Positions 48,845-58,404 of a DNA stretch of 64,000 bases are shown piece after piece. The first letter of the stretch is position 1. The number at the start of each line of letters is the position of its first letter. Source of the stretch: an uncultured Hyphomicrobium sp. (GTDB lineage Bacteria > Pseudomonadota > Alphaproteobacteria > Rhizobiales > Hyphomicrobiaceae); contig CAYWIF010000013.1 in NCBI GenBank assembly GCA_964458265.1, positions 17,190 to 81,189 of the forward strand, in the 5' to 3' direction. A model generated the notes under the pieces. That model saw nothing but the letters and a program-made list of their open reading frames with translations, had not been told where the DNA came from and made no database searches. The translations under genes were made by a program, and so were the position numbers.

Positions 48845-49096
48845 TTACTGCATCACGCGGCCGAGCGTAAACTCGCCCTGCATCAGCCGGCGCTCGAGCC
48901 CCCGCGCCAGGTCGACAACGGCGTCTTCGCCGTACAGCGAGACAAGGTCGGTCAGCGCTGCGAACAACGCCGCATAGGCCATCTGCTCCGGCGCAACCCC
49001 GTGCTCCGCACCCTCGTCCCAAGCCGCCAGAATGAGTCCGAGCGCTTTGAAACTATGGTCCTCGCTTTCGGCCAGATCGTGTGTTTCCAAGTTCAT
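48845..49096 (-). CDS. Small acidic hypothetical protein
   Basis: 83 aa from ATG 49096 (GGGAGA upstream). No family recognised. Confidence 0.4.
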   Translation of the reverse strand: MNLETHDLAESEDHSFKALGLILAAWDEGAEHGVAPEQMAYAALFAALTDLVSLYGEDAVVDLARGLERRLMQGEFTLGRVMQ

Positions 49097-49271
49097 GCTG
49101 TTATCTCCCACCCGTCCGCGAAGATCGGCACCCCTTGATTGTTTGCGGATCTGGATCTCGCGCTTAACACGGACGGGCCGGGCGCGGGGCTGTAGCAGCA
49201 ATTCAGGGTAAACCGCGCACGGATAAAGTGGCCGGCCCACCCGTTGGCAGTACCGTCAGTGCACCTCTGCC

Positions 49272-49685
49272 TTACGGTGTCTTCTCAGCCAAATTCTCTG
49301 ATATTTCCACGCCCTCGCTCATGAACCGGTCGATCGCCGTCTGAGCCGAAGGCGTACAGGTCGTATAGGTGCGGCTGTAGCTGCGATAGCCTTGATTAAA
49401 ACTGCGCGTAATGCGTGCCTTGCGCTGCGCGCTCGCGGTTTCGGCATCGATCAGCGTCCGCATATGCTCGCGCCAGCGCTGTCCGTCATTGGCAGAGCAC
49501 AACTCGCGCAGATAGTGCACGGCGCCGAGGATCTCGGCCAGGCGCATCAGCTGATCGTCATACGGCTTCGCATCCTGTGCACGTAGAGCCGTGGCCGTAC
49601 CGGCGGCGGCCAAAGCGCATGTTGCCATCGCGGCCGCGATCCCCGAAACCAATCTTCGACGGAATGTTGACGGTGGCACGGACAT
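49272..49685 (-). CDS. Secreted conserved hypothetical protein (TIGR02301-like)
   Basis: 137 aa. Signal peptide. LMRLAEILGAVHYLRELC...WREHM pattern with conserved Cys. The family name is recalled from memory. Confidence 0.55.
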   Translation of the reverse strand: MSVPPSTFRRRLVSGIAAAMATCALAAAGTATALRAQDAKPYDDQLMRLAEILGAVHYLRELCSANDGQRWREHMRTLIDAETASAQRKARITRSFNQGYRSYSRTYTTCTPSAQTAIDRFMSEGVEISENLAEKTP

Positions 49686-49842
49686 TGCCGGTTCCGTTGT
49701 GGACGACTATTTCTTACGATTGCAGGCGCTTTGCGACGCCAGGGTGGCGCCCGCCGCTTGTAGCATCGATTCTCGAAGGCGGCACATTCACCGACGCGCA
49801 TCCGGTTGAGACGGTGTCCGATCGAGAAGACTGTGAGGCAGC

Positions 49843-50520
49843 ATGTGTTCGCGTTACAGCCTGACCTCGCCCGCGGAAGCGGTTCGAGCCTACTTTGCGA
49901 CTAAAAACGGGCTGGAGTTCCCCGCTCGCTACAACATTGCCCCAACGCAGCCGGTCCTCATCGTCCGCCGCACGCCGGCCGGCGAGCGCGAACAACACCT
50001 CGTCAGATGGGGATTGATCCCATCCTGGGTGAAGGATCCGGGTGCATTCACGACCATCCTCAACGCCCGCTCGGAAACTGCGGCTGAAAAGCCGTCGTTT
50101 CGCGGCGCGTTGCGCCACCGGCGCTGCCTTGTTCCCGCGACGGGATTTTATGAATGGACGGGCGAACCGGGCGCCAAACGCCCCCACCACTTCCGACCCC
50201 GCACCGGTGGCCTCATGGCCCTGGCCGGCTTGGCGGAACATTGGGTCGGCGCCGACGGCAGCGAACTGGAAACGATGGCCATTCTGACGACATCGGCAAA
50301 TGCGACCATGGCTCCGTACCATGATCGCATGCCGGTCATCATTCCACCGGAGCACTTCGACATCTGGCTCGACTGCTCGTCGGGATCCGCGAAGTTTGCC
50401 GAAACGCTTCTCGGCCCGCCCGCCAACGACTTGCTCGAAGTCGTCGATGTCAGTTCCAAACTCAACAATCCGCGCAATGAAGGACCCGAACTCCACGCGG
50501 CGCCTCATGCCACAGGCTGA
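49843..50520 (+). CDS. SOS response-associated peptidase (SRAP/YedK family, abasic-site processing)
   Basis: 225 aa. Catalytic N-terminal MCSRY, NARSET, GFYEW, HDRMPVI. Confidence 0.9.
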   Translation: MCSRYSLTSPAEAVRAYFATKNGLEFPARYNIAPTQPVLIVRRTPAGEREQHLVRWGLIPSWVKDPGAFTTILNARSETAAEKPSFRGALRHRRCLVPATGFYEWTGEPGAKRPHHFRPRTGGLMALAGLAEHWVGADGSELETMAILTTSANATMAPYHDRMPVIIPPEHFDIWLDCSSGSAKFAETLLGPPANDLLEVVDVSSKLNNPRNEGPELHAAPHATG

Positions 50521-50802
50521 GCCACCCGCTAACACTATGACGCATAAGCACATTTATGTAAGCCACTGAAAAGTCATACTTTCAGGTCATTCACCAAACT
50601 TAGTCACGGACCATCGTCGCCCCTCGCCGGAACGGTTGGAACGGATTATGGTCCACGCCTGTCGAATGCATCCGGGTCGGGGGACGCGAAAAGGGGCGGG
50701 TCAGCGCCTTCAGCATGCCTCCGACAAATTCCCGTGACAGGATGCGAAACAAGCGTCCCTGAAGTGCGCCGGCCGATGCGGTTGCGGCGAGGAGTACCGA
50801 GT

Positions 50803-52527
50803 ATGGCGTATCGTGGCGGAGACTTGGATTTGCGCACACCTCGCACCTGGAGTGCGACGGCGCCGGAACCGCCCGCGAGCCCGGTTTACGAACAACGGGT
50901 CCGCGGAACCTACGCGCCGGGCCCGATCTGGGTGGACGAAGTGGTGCTCGCCTGCGTCAACCATGCCTACGATGTGGCCTTGGCCCACCGCGCAACGGAC
51001 GTCCGCCTTGAACATCTTCTCCACGCCCTGACGCGGATCGACACCGCCGCCGAAGCTTTGGAGATCCGGGGCATCCGCGTGTCTGCCCTGCGGCGGGAAA
51101 GCGCGACCGCCATCGCCAGCGAACTTCCCGTCGGTCTTAGCGGTGGCGAGGCTGGGCCACGCCACTCCGAAGAGTTGGAGCACGTTCTGCGTGCCGCGAG
51201 CCAAATCGCATCCCGTCGCAATGCGCCCGCGACTGTCGATGACCTCCTGCACCTGATGCTCGACGTCGAACCGGACTTGCCGGGACTGGGGCTTCTGGCG
51301 CGCATCGACCATCGTTTCGGTCCTAGCAACGGCGCGTATGGCCGGCCGGTCCGCAGCGGCTACAACGCCCGCTTCATCACGGCGCAACCTGAAACCCACC
51401 CGTCGCCGCCACCACCATTCCAGCGCGAAGCGACCCGGCCGTCGCGCCCGGACTTTACCAGCGCGACCGTCGACAACGCGCAGCATTCCCGTCTCGAAGT
51501 CCTCGAGCAGATGATGCGCGGCTTGAGCGCCGATCTCGGCAGCGAGCGCAAATCCTTGTCCAATCTCTTGGGCGATCTTCAGCGCGACGTTGCGGAGTTG
51601 CATGCCGCTCCGGGCGAGATCGGTCCCGTCGCGGACCGGATCGCAGCGATAGAGCGCTCGATAACAGCAGGGTTCGAGCAGTTTACGCTCGCGCTTGCCT
51701 CCATCGAAAACGATCTGCGCACCCGCTCGCAACAGGCACTGGACACAGCTCCAATCGCAAGCCGTCTAGAGATGATCGAGGAGGCCGTCTTATCGAAAGA
51801 CGGCGACAGGCTTCTGGCCGGCCTTCTGGAGCGCTTCGACCGTCTTGAAACCACGCTTGCCGGTGAACGCACGCGCACCTCCGAAACGGGCGCGGCCCTT
51901 CGCGGCGAGATCGGCCAGCTGGCACAGTCGGTCGGTGCACATCGTGCCGAGATTGCCAATGCCGTGCTCCCGGTCGCCGACCGGATCGCGGAGTTTCGCT
52001 CATCGGTCGAAAGCGGTCAGGCCGAATCCGGCCAAACGCTGCGTGCGCTTGGCGACCGCATGGCAACCGTCGAGCGGCTTGTGGCCGATACCTTGCAAAA
52101 GGTCATCGAGGGCCAGTCGGCCGCGCGCGACGATCTCACCGAAGTCTCCGACGCGATCGTCAAGCTCAACGCGAACCAACACACACTGTCTGCGAATATC
52201 GAGCAATCGCGCAACGACACCCGCGACGGTCTCTCTGCGCTGAGAGACGACGTAAAGGTGACGTCCGCCAGCCTGACAGCGAACATGGATGCGCTTTCAC
52301 CGCGTTTCGCCGTGCTGGAAGGCGAGGCACAGCGTATCGGCGGCGCCGTCGAAGGTCTCCACGGCACCATGGAGAACATGCACCGCGTCACGGTCGAGCG
52401 TTACTACCGGCGTAACCGTTTCTGGTATTGGCTGTTCGGCACCGATGACTGGGTCGCCGCCAGCTGGCCCTCGCAATCGCATCGCATTGCCGAAGAACTG
52501 AAGTCCATCAAGTCCGGCCGGCGTTGA
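50803..52527 (+). CDS. Clp N-terminal-repeat domain protein with a long coiled coil and C-terminal hydrophobic segment
   Basis: 574 aa from ATG 50803. Two Clp_N-like repeats (DVRLEHLLHAL..., TVDDLLHLML...), about 330 aa of helical repeats, C-terminal FWYWLFGTDDWVAASW. Confidence 0.6.
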   Translation: MAYRGGDLDLRTPRTWSATAPEPPASPVYEQRVRGTYAPGPIWVDEVVLACVNHAYDVALAHRATDVRLEHLLHALTRIDTAAEALEIRGIRVSALRRESATAIASELPVGLSGGEAGPRHSEELEHVLRAASQIASRRNAPATVDDLLHLMLDVEPDLPGLGLLARIDHRFGPSNGAYGRPVRSGYNARFITAQPETHPSPPPPFQREATRPSRPDFTSATVDNAQHSRLEVLEQMMRGLSADLGSERKSLSNLLGDLQRDVAELHAAPGEIGPVADRIAAIERSITAGFEQFTLALASIENDLRTRSQQALDTAPIASRLEMIEEAVLSKDGDRLLAGLLERFDRLETTLAGERTRTSETGAALRGEIGQLAQSVGAHRAEIANAVLPVADRIAEFRSSVESGQAESGQTLRALGDRMATVERLVADTLQKVIEGQSAARDDLTEVSDAIVKLNANQHTLSANIEQSRNDTRDGLSALRDDVKVTSASLTANMDALSPRFAVLEGEAQRIGGAVEGLHGTMENMHRVTVERYYRRNRFWYWLFGTDDWVAASWPSQSHRIAEELKSIKSGRR

Positions 52528-52636
52528 CCGGCAAGGTTAACGCACCTCGTAAATGCTGGCATGGCGTTTGCTGCACGTTGCGTTCGACGGCGGGCGACTT
52601 GCCCGCCCGTGTCGATCTGATGCGACAGGCGCGCCC

Positions 52637-53407
52637 ATGGATCAAGATGACCGGAACATCGTCCTGCTGACGTCGGGCGGCCCGCTTGCCAATATCGTTG
52701 CCAATGGGCTCGCGGAACGTGTTGGCCGCCTCACGGTGATCGAGGAACGCCCGGAAGCGAAATCCGACGTTGTGAGACGCCGCATCCGGCTGCAGGGCTT
52801 GCTGACGGCACTCGGACAGGTCGGTTTCGGAATGTCCCAGCGGCTGTTCTGGCCGAATTCAAAACGACAGTCCGCCATCTGGAAGGCCCACGACCTTGAC
52901 CCCGCGCAGCCCAAGCAACTGACCATACACCGCGTTCCTTCCGTAAATTCGGCCGAATGCCGGGCGCTTCTAAAGGCTCTCAGGCCCAGCGTGGTGGCTG
53001 TCTACGGGACTCGCATTCTGAAATCAGAAACGCTGCGCGCCGTCGCGGCGCCGTTCATCAACTACCACGCCGGCATCAATCCGAAATACAGGGGACAGCA
53101 TCCCGGCTACTGGGCGCTGGCCGAAGGCGATGCGGACAACGCGGGCGTCACGATCCACCTCGTCGATGCCGGCGTGGACACCGGTTCGGTGCTCTATCAG
53201 GCCCGCGTCACATTCGCGCCGGAAGATACGATCGCGAGTTATCAGCATCTCCAGGCCGCCCATGCGCTACCGCTGTTTGCACGCGCCATCGAGGATGCAA
53301 AAGCGGGCAGGCTTTCGCCGCGAACCGTCGACCTTCCCTCGCGCCAATTTTTCCCGCCGACGCTGTGGGGATATCTGGCAACGGGTCTGTCGCGCGGCGT
53401 GTGGTAA
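52637..53407 (+). CDS. Formyltransferase family protein
   Basis: 256 aa from ATG 52637. FINYHAGINPKYRGQHP and IHLVDAGVDTG resemble the Fmt/PurN catalytic N-domain (HxSLLPxxRG, D). Confidence 0.65.
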   Translation: MDQDDRNIVLLTSGGPLANIVANGLAERVGRLTVIEERPEAKSDVVRRRIRLQGLLTALGQVGFGMSQRLFWPNSKRQSAIWKAHDLDPAQPKQLTIHRVPSVNSAECRALLKALRPSVVAVYGTRILKSETLRAVAAPFINYHAGINPKYRGQHPGYWALAEGDADNAGVTIHLVDAGVDTGSVLYQARVTFAPEDTIASYQHLQAAHALPLFARAIEDAKAGRLSPRTVDLPSRQFFPPTLWGYLATGLSRGVW

Positions 53408-53413
53408 GGCCGC

Positions 53414-54865
53414 CTATAACACCTTGCCCGGATTGAGAATGCCGTTCGGATCGAAGGCGGCCTTGATCGCCCGCATCAGATCGAGCGCCACCGGATCCTT
53501 GAAACGACGAAGATCATCTCGCTTCATGCGCCCGATCCCGTGTTCGGCGGAGATTGATCCTCCCATTTCCGCGACGAGTTGATGAATGGCGTCGGACATT
53601 TCACCCCAAAGCGCGAGATACGCTCCCCTGTCCATGTCCACGGGTTGCGAGACGTTGTAGTGCACATTGCCGTCACCCAGGTGACCGAACGGCACCGGCC
53701 GTGCGCCAGGGCATACCTCTTCGACGATCTTAGATGCGCGCTCCAGAAATTCCGGCACGCGAGCCAACGGCAGCGACACGTCGTGCTTGATCGATCCGCC
53801 TTCGTGCTTCTGCACCTCGGACATCAGTTCTCTAAGCTGCCACAGGCTTTGCTGCTGCGCCCGCGACGTTGCAATCCGCGCATCAGCCACAAGCCCGCTG
53901 GCCAGAGCCTCGGCCAAAAGCCCTTCGATGAGCGGCCGGGCCCGATCTGCCTCGGCTGTCGAAACCTCCAGTAGAGCGGAGCATGGCGCGCTGATGACGT
54001 CGGTAAACCCAACGGTTCGGCCGTGCTTGCGCACGAACTCCAGCGCCCGTGCTGACATGAATTCGAACGCGGTCAGTTGGGAGCCAACTTGCTCGTGCGC
54101 GAACTTGAAGAGCGGCACGAGGTCCGCCACCGAATTCAGCGCCACAAATGCCGTCGCCACGTCACGCGGTGGCGCAACGAGCTTCACCGTCGCCGCCGTG
54201 ATGACGCCCAGGGTGCCCTCCGACCCGATGATGAGGTCGCGGAGATCGTAGCCGGTGTTGTCCTTCTTCAATGACGACAATCCGCTGAGCACGCGCCCAT
54301 CGGCCAGCACCACTTCAATGCCCAACACCTGCGCGCGCGCTGTTCCGTGGGCGAGAACCGCCAGCCCGCCTGCGTTCGTTGCGAGCGCGCCGCCCAGGCA
54401 TGCGCTCCCCTCGGACGCCATCGACAAGGCAAACATCAGTCCGGCCTGGCCCGCAGCGGATTGTATCGCCGCAAGCGTGACACCCGCCTCCGCGGTAAGA
54501 GCGAACCCATCCCCATCCACCGCACGAATTGCGGTCATACGGTCCAAGGACAACACGATTTCCGACCCGTCTTCGTGGGGTATTTGCCCCCCAACCAAAC
54601 CCGTATTTCCGGACTGCGGGACGACGCCGGTACGGGCCTCGTTGCAAAATCTCAAGATCTCTGCGACCTCGCTGGTCGATGCCGGCCTCAGGACAAGCGG
54701 TGAAACACCGACATATCGATCGCGCCATTCACGCAGATATCGGGCTTGATCGGGTTCGCCCGGCCGCACGGCATTGGTCTTCCCCACGATGCGCGTCAGG
54801 GTGTCGAGTAGGTCAGGTGTCGGCGGGTTGAGTTGCGGCGTTGGCATGGCGATACGTGTTATCAT
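53414..54865 (-). CDS. FAD-linked oxidase (GlcD / D-2-hydroxyacid dehydrogenase-like)
   Basis: 483 aa from ATG 54865 (ATGA overlap with the tsaC stop). PQSGNTGLVGG, DNTGYDLRDLIIGSEGTLGVIT, SAEHGIG. The rest of the 960-aa track ORF is a read-through artefact. Confidence 0.85.
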   Translation of the reverse strand: MITRIAMPTPQLNPPTPDLLDTLTRIVGKTNAVRPGEPDQARYLREWRDRYVGVSPLVLRPASTSEVAEILRFCNEARTGVVPQSGNTGLVGGQIPHEDGSEIVLSLDRMTAIRAVDGDGFALTAEAGVTLAAIQSAAGQAGLMFALSMASEGSACLGGALATNAGGLAVLAHGTARAQVLGIEVVLADGRVLSGLSSLKKDNTGYDLRDLIIGSEGTLGVITAATVKLVAPPRDVATAFVALNSVADLVPLFKFAHEQVGSQLTAFEFMSARALEFVRKHGRTVGFTDVISAPCSALLEVSTAEADRARPLIEGLLAEALASGLVADARIATSRAQQQSLWQLRELMSEVQKHEGGSIKHDVSLPLARVPEFLERASKIVEEVCPGARPVPFGHLGDGNVHYNVSQPVDMDRGAYLALWGEMSDAIHQLVAEMGGSISAEHGIGRMKRDDLRRFKDPVALDLMRAIKAAFDPNGILNPGKVL

Positions 54866-55815
54866 GGGCGCGGAGCAGCGGCTCGGCGCAATCGGTCGTT
54901 GATCGCGGCCCCCAACCCTGTTTCCGGGATTGGCATGACGGCCACGGCCCGCGATCCCGCCGTGTCGAATGCCCGCAATGCGGCGAAGAGGTTGGCGGCT
55001 GCTTCCCCGAGATCGCCGGCCGGACTGAGATTGATAACGAAACCATTCGAATGTGCGGCGCGCCCGAAGGCCAGCAGTGCTTCGCCGTCGCCGGCCTCGG
55101 TCGCGTTGAGCCGCAACACAGCATTCGGCGCATAGTGACTTGCGAGTTGGCCGGGTGAAGACGGCGCGCTGGCCACCGCGGCTGCCTGCGCGACGGGGCG
55201 GCCGAGGATCGCCGCAATGTCCTCTGCGGTCACTGCGCCCTGTCTCAACAAGCTCACACCGCCATTCGACACATCGATGACGGTCGACTCCAACCCGAGC
55301 ACCGCGGCACCACCGTCCAGAATAACCGGCACGCGGTTTCCAAGATCGTCGTCGGCGTGCCGTGCCAGCGTTGGGCTCACATGTCCGGAACGATTGGCTG
55401 ACGGTGCCGCGATCGGCCGTCCCGCTTCCCGCAAAAGCCGCTGTGCCACCGGATGATCCGGTACGCGCAGAGCAAGTGTATCGAGACCGGCAGTCGCGAG
55501 GTCCGCGATCGGACAGCCCGGACGGCGCCGAACCACCAGTGTCATGGGGCCGGGCCAGAATGCGCCCGCCAGCACCCGCGCTTCCGCCGAAAATTCTCCC
55601 AGCACTTCCGCCGCAGGCAGATCGGTTACATGGACGATCAGCGGATTGAAGCTCGGCCGCCCTTTCGCCGCGAAGATTGCAGCCACCGCCTCGCCGTTGG
55701 TCGCATCCCCGCCCAGCCCGTAGACGGTCTCCGTCGGAAACGCCACCAGCCCGCCGTCGCGGATGATCCGGCCGGCTTCGGCGATCGACGTTTCGGTGGC
55801 CGGTACGCGTGGCAT
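54862..55815 (-). CDS. tsaC: L-threonylcarbamoyladenylate synthase (Sua5/YwlC long form)
   Basis: 317 aa. FPTETVYGLGGDA, KGRPSFNPLIVHV, C-terminal Sua5 domain. Confidence 0.85.
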   Translation of the reverse strand: MPRVPATETSIAEAGRIIRDGGLVAFPTETVYGLGGDATNGEAVAAIFAAKGRPSFNPLIVHVTDLPAAEVLGEFSAEARVLAGAFWPGPMTLVVRRRPGCPIADLATAGLDTLALRVPDHPVAQRLLREAGRPIAAPSANRSGHVSPTLARHADDDLGNRVPVILDGGAAVLGLESTVIDVSNGGVSLLRQGAVTAEDIAAILGRPVAQAAAVASAPSSPGQLASHYAPNAVLRLNATEAGDGEALLAFGRAAHSNGFVINLSPAGDLGEAAANLFAALRAFDTAGSRAVAVMPIPETGLGAAINDRLRRAAAPRP

Positions 55816-55894
55816 GGCAAATCCTGCTGAGGCGCTTCCTCTTTGGCGGCACCGCGCCTAATCTTGCCGCCTTCGGCTGCTTTGGAAGACGGCA

Positions 55895-57643
55895 ATGACC
55901 TATCAGGCTCCCGTAGACGACATCCTTGCGGCACTCAAGGCCGCCGGAGCCTTGGCGCCGGACATGATGAACGCCGCCGTCGATGAGGAAACGGTGCGCG
56001 CCATCCTGGAGGAAGCCGGCAATTTCGCCACCGGCGTCCTCGACCCCCTGAACCGCCTCGGCGACAAAACCGGCTCGCACCTCGAAGACGGCCGCGTCAT
56101 CACGCCTCCCGGGTGGGTCGATGCTTACCGGCAGTTCGCGGACGCGGGGTGGCCGGGAGTGCCGTGCCCCGCCGAATATGGCGGTCAGAATTTGCCCGCT
56201 GTCGTCGCCATGGGCGTCTGCGAGATTTGGAACGCCGCCAACATGGCATTCGGAATGTGCCCGTTGCTGACCAACGGTGCCATCGATGCTCTCCACATTG
56301 GCGGATCAGAAGAACTCAAATCCCGCTTCCTGCCGCACATGATCTCCGGCCGCTGGACCGGAACCATGAATTTGACCGAACCGCAGGCCGGGTCCGACCT
56401 CAATGCCGTCACGACGCGCGCGGTCCCGTTGGACGATGGGACTTACCATCTATTCGGCACCAAGATCTTCATCAGCTACGGCGAGCACGATCTGACCGGC
56501 AACATCATCCACCTTGTCCTGGCGCGTCTCCCCGATGCGCCACCAGGCACCCGTGGCATTTCCCTTTTCCTGGTGCCGAAATACCTGGTCGGCGACGACG
56601 GCGAACCCGGCGAACGCAACGATGTCGTCTGTGCCGGGCTCGAACACAAACTCGGCATCGTCGCAAGCCCGACATGCGTTATGAAATTCGGCGAGAATGG
56701 CGGCGCGACGGGCTATCTCGTCGGTGAGGAAAACCGCGGGCTGCATGTCATGTTCATCATGATGAATGCGGCACGCCTCGCGGTGGGCGTGCAGGGCGTC
56801 GCCATCGCCGAACGGGCGACGCAGAAAGCCGTCGCCTTCGCGCGCGAACGCCGCCAGGGCCGGACGAGCGGGTCCAAAACCATGGTCCCGATCATCGCGC
56901 ATCCCGACGTGCGCCGGATGCTGCTGACGATGCGAGCGTTGACGCAAGCCGCGCGCGGCATCTGCATGGCAACCGCGGCCGCTACCGATCTCGCCAACAC
57001 CGCCTCCGATCCAGATGTGCGCGCCCGCGCAGCCGGTCGGGTTGCCATCCTGACGCCGGTTGCCAAATCCTTCTCGACGGATGTTGCCGTCGAGGTCGCC
57101 TCGCTCGGCGTCCAGGTCCACGGCGGAATGGGCTTCGTCGAGGAAACAGGCGCCGCGCAGTACCTTCGCGATGCGCGCATCCTGCCCATCTACGAAGGAA
57201 CCAATGGCATTCAGGCGATCGACCTTGTGACCCGAAAGCTTCCCCTCGACGGCGGCTATGCGGTCACATCGTACTTCGCCGACGTCATCGACACTTTGAG
57301 ACTGTTGCGTGAGGCGGAACTTGCAGGACTAGACTTCGCGGTCGAACAGTTGGGCCGCGCCCTTGAAGCACTGGCCACTGCCACCGATTGGATCGGACGC
57401 AATATGCAATCGAAACCCGATCTGGCGCTTGCCGGCGCGACCCCCTACCTGCAACTCTTCGCTCTCGTCGCCGGTGCCGACGCTTTGGCTCGTGCCGTGC
57501 TGCGTGCGGGCAACGAACCGGAGCCTGCAACGCTTCTCAGGTTCTTTGCCGAAAATCGTTCCGTCGCCGCATGGGGGCTCGCCGCGTCGATCATGGCCGG
57601 GCACGCAGCGGTCCTCGATGCAGACTTGGAAGGTTTGGCATGA
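55895..57643 (+). CDS. Acyl-CoA dehydrogenase, long form with extra C-terminal domain
   Basis: 582 aa. TEPQAGSDL, FISYGEHD and IYEGTNGIQAIDL motifs. Confidence 0.85.
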   Translation: MTYQAPVDDILAALKAAGALAPDMMNAAVDEETVRAILEEAGNFATGVLDPLNRLGDKTGSHLEDGRVITPPGWVDAYRQFADAGWPGVPCPAEYGGQNLPAVVAMGVCEIWNAANMAFGMCPLLTNGAIDALHIGGSEELKSRFLPHMISGRWTGTMNLTEPQAGSDLNAVTTRAVPLDDGTYHLFGTKIFISYGEHDLTGNIIHLVLARLPDAPPGTRGISLFLVPKYLVGDDGEPGERNDVVCAGLEHKLGIVASPTCVMKFGENGGATGYLVGEENRGLHVMFIMMNAARLAVGVQGVAIAERATQKAVAFARERRQGRTSGSKTMVPIIAHPDVRRMLLTMRALTQAARGICMATAAATDLANTASDPDVRARAAGRVAILTPVAKSFSTDVAVEVASLGVQVHGGMGFVEETGAAQYLRDARILPIYEGTNGIQAIDLVTRKLPLDGGYAVTSYFADVIDTLRLLREAELAGLDFAVEQLGRALEALATATDWIGRNMQSKPDLALAGATPYLQLFALVAGADALARAVLRAGNEPEPATLLRFFAENRSVAAWGLAASIMAGHAAVLDADLEGLA

Positions 57644-58404
57644 GCGTCGAAAGGTCGGTTTTCGAGAGTGTTCAAGTGCTGCGCCTGTCGCGGCCCGAGA
57701 AGCGCAACGCTCTCACGCGGGACATGTATCGCACGCTCGCCGATTCCCTTGAAGCCGGCGACGCGGATGCAAGCATTCGAGTAAGCGTCATCCTCGGCAG
57801 CGGCGGCCACTTCACCGGCGGCAACGACATCGCCGACTTTCTCGCGACTGCTGAGGGAGAACAGGGCGCGCCGCGCGAAGTCCTTCGCTTCATCGAATTG
57901 CTGCCAAACCTGAAGAAGCCGCTTGTTGCCGGAGTTGACGGCCACGCGGTCGGCATCGGCACCACGATGCTGCTCCACTGCGATCTCGTTTACGCGGCTC
58001 CGCGCGCGACCTTCGCCACACCATTCCTCGACCTGGGTCTCGTGCCCGAAGCCGCGTCCAGCCTCCTCATGCCACGCCTGATGGGCTATCCGCGCGCCTT
58101 CGAAATGCTGGTCCTTGGCGAAACCTTTTCCGCCGCCCGCGCTTGCGATGCGGGGCTCGTAAACGCTCTTGTCGATCCAGAAGCCCTCGAAGTTCTTGTT
58201 CTCGCCGTCGCGGCCCGTCTCGCGAAAAAGCCGCAGCATGCCGTCATCACTGCGAAGCGGCTGATGCGCTCCGGCAGCGCCGCGGTGCTCGAACGAACCC
58301 GCGAGGAGGCCGCCGAATTCGCCCGCTGCCTGGCCACCCCGGAAGCCCGCGCCGCGTTCCAGGCCTTCATGACCCGTGCGCGTCCCGACAAGAGCCGCGC
58401 ATGA
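57640..58404 (+). CDS. Enoyl-CoA hydratase/isomerase family protein
   Basis: 254 aa from ATG 57640 (ATGA overlap with the upstream stop). RPEKRNALT, GGHFTGGNDI, VDGHAVGIGTTMLLHCD. Confidence 0.85.
   Translation: MSVERSVFESVQVLRLSRPEKRNALTRDMYRTLADSLEAGDADASIRVSVILGSGGHFTGGNDIADFLATAEGEQGAPREVLRFIELLPNLKKPLVAGVDGHAVGIGTTMLLHCDLVYAAPRATFATPFLDLGLVPEAASSLLMPRLMGYPRAFEMLVLGETFSAARACDAGLVNALVDPEALEVLVLAVAARLAKKPQHAVITAKRLMRSGSAAVLERTREEAAEFARCLATPEARAAFQAFMTRARPDKSRA

Noticed and set aside
49686-49842. Search for an alphaproteobacterial SOS box (GTTC-N7-GTTC) upstream of the SRAP gene, and also upstream of recQ (15216-15429)
   Set aside because: I found no direct-repeat GTTC/GAAC pair with 7-nt spacing by eye, so no LexA regulation is claimed.
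50710-51732. 340-aa minus-strand ORF
   Set aside because: Antisense to the Clp-N/coiled-coil gene. No motifs and Arg-rich.
54866-56296. Upstream two-thirds of the 960-aa minus-strand ORF (53414-56296)
   Set aside because: Only the C-terminal 483 aa (from ATG 54865) is a coherent FAD-linked oxidase. The upstream part overlaps tsaC in another frame and is antisense to the acyl-CoA dehydrogenase. It is Arg/Gly/Ser-rich with no motif, a read-through artefact caused by the lack of stop codons.
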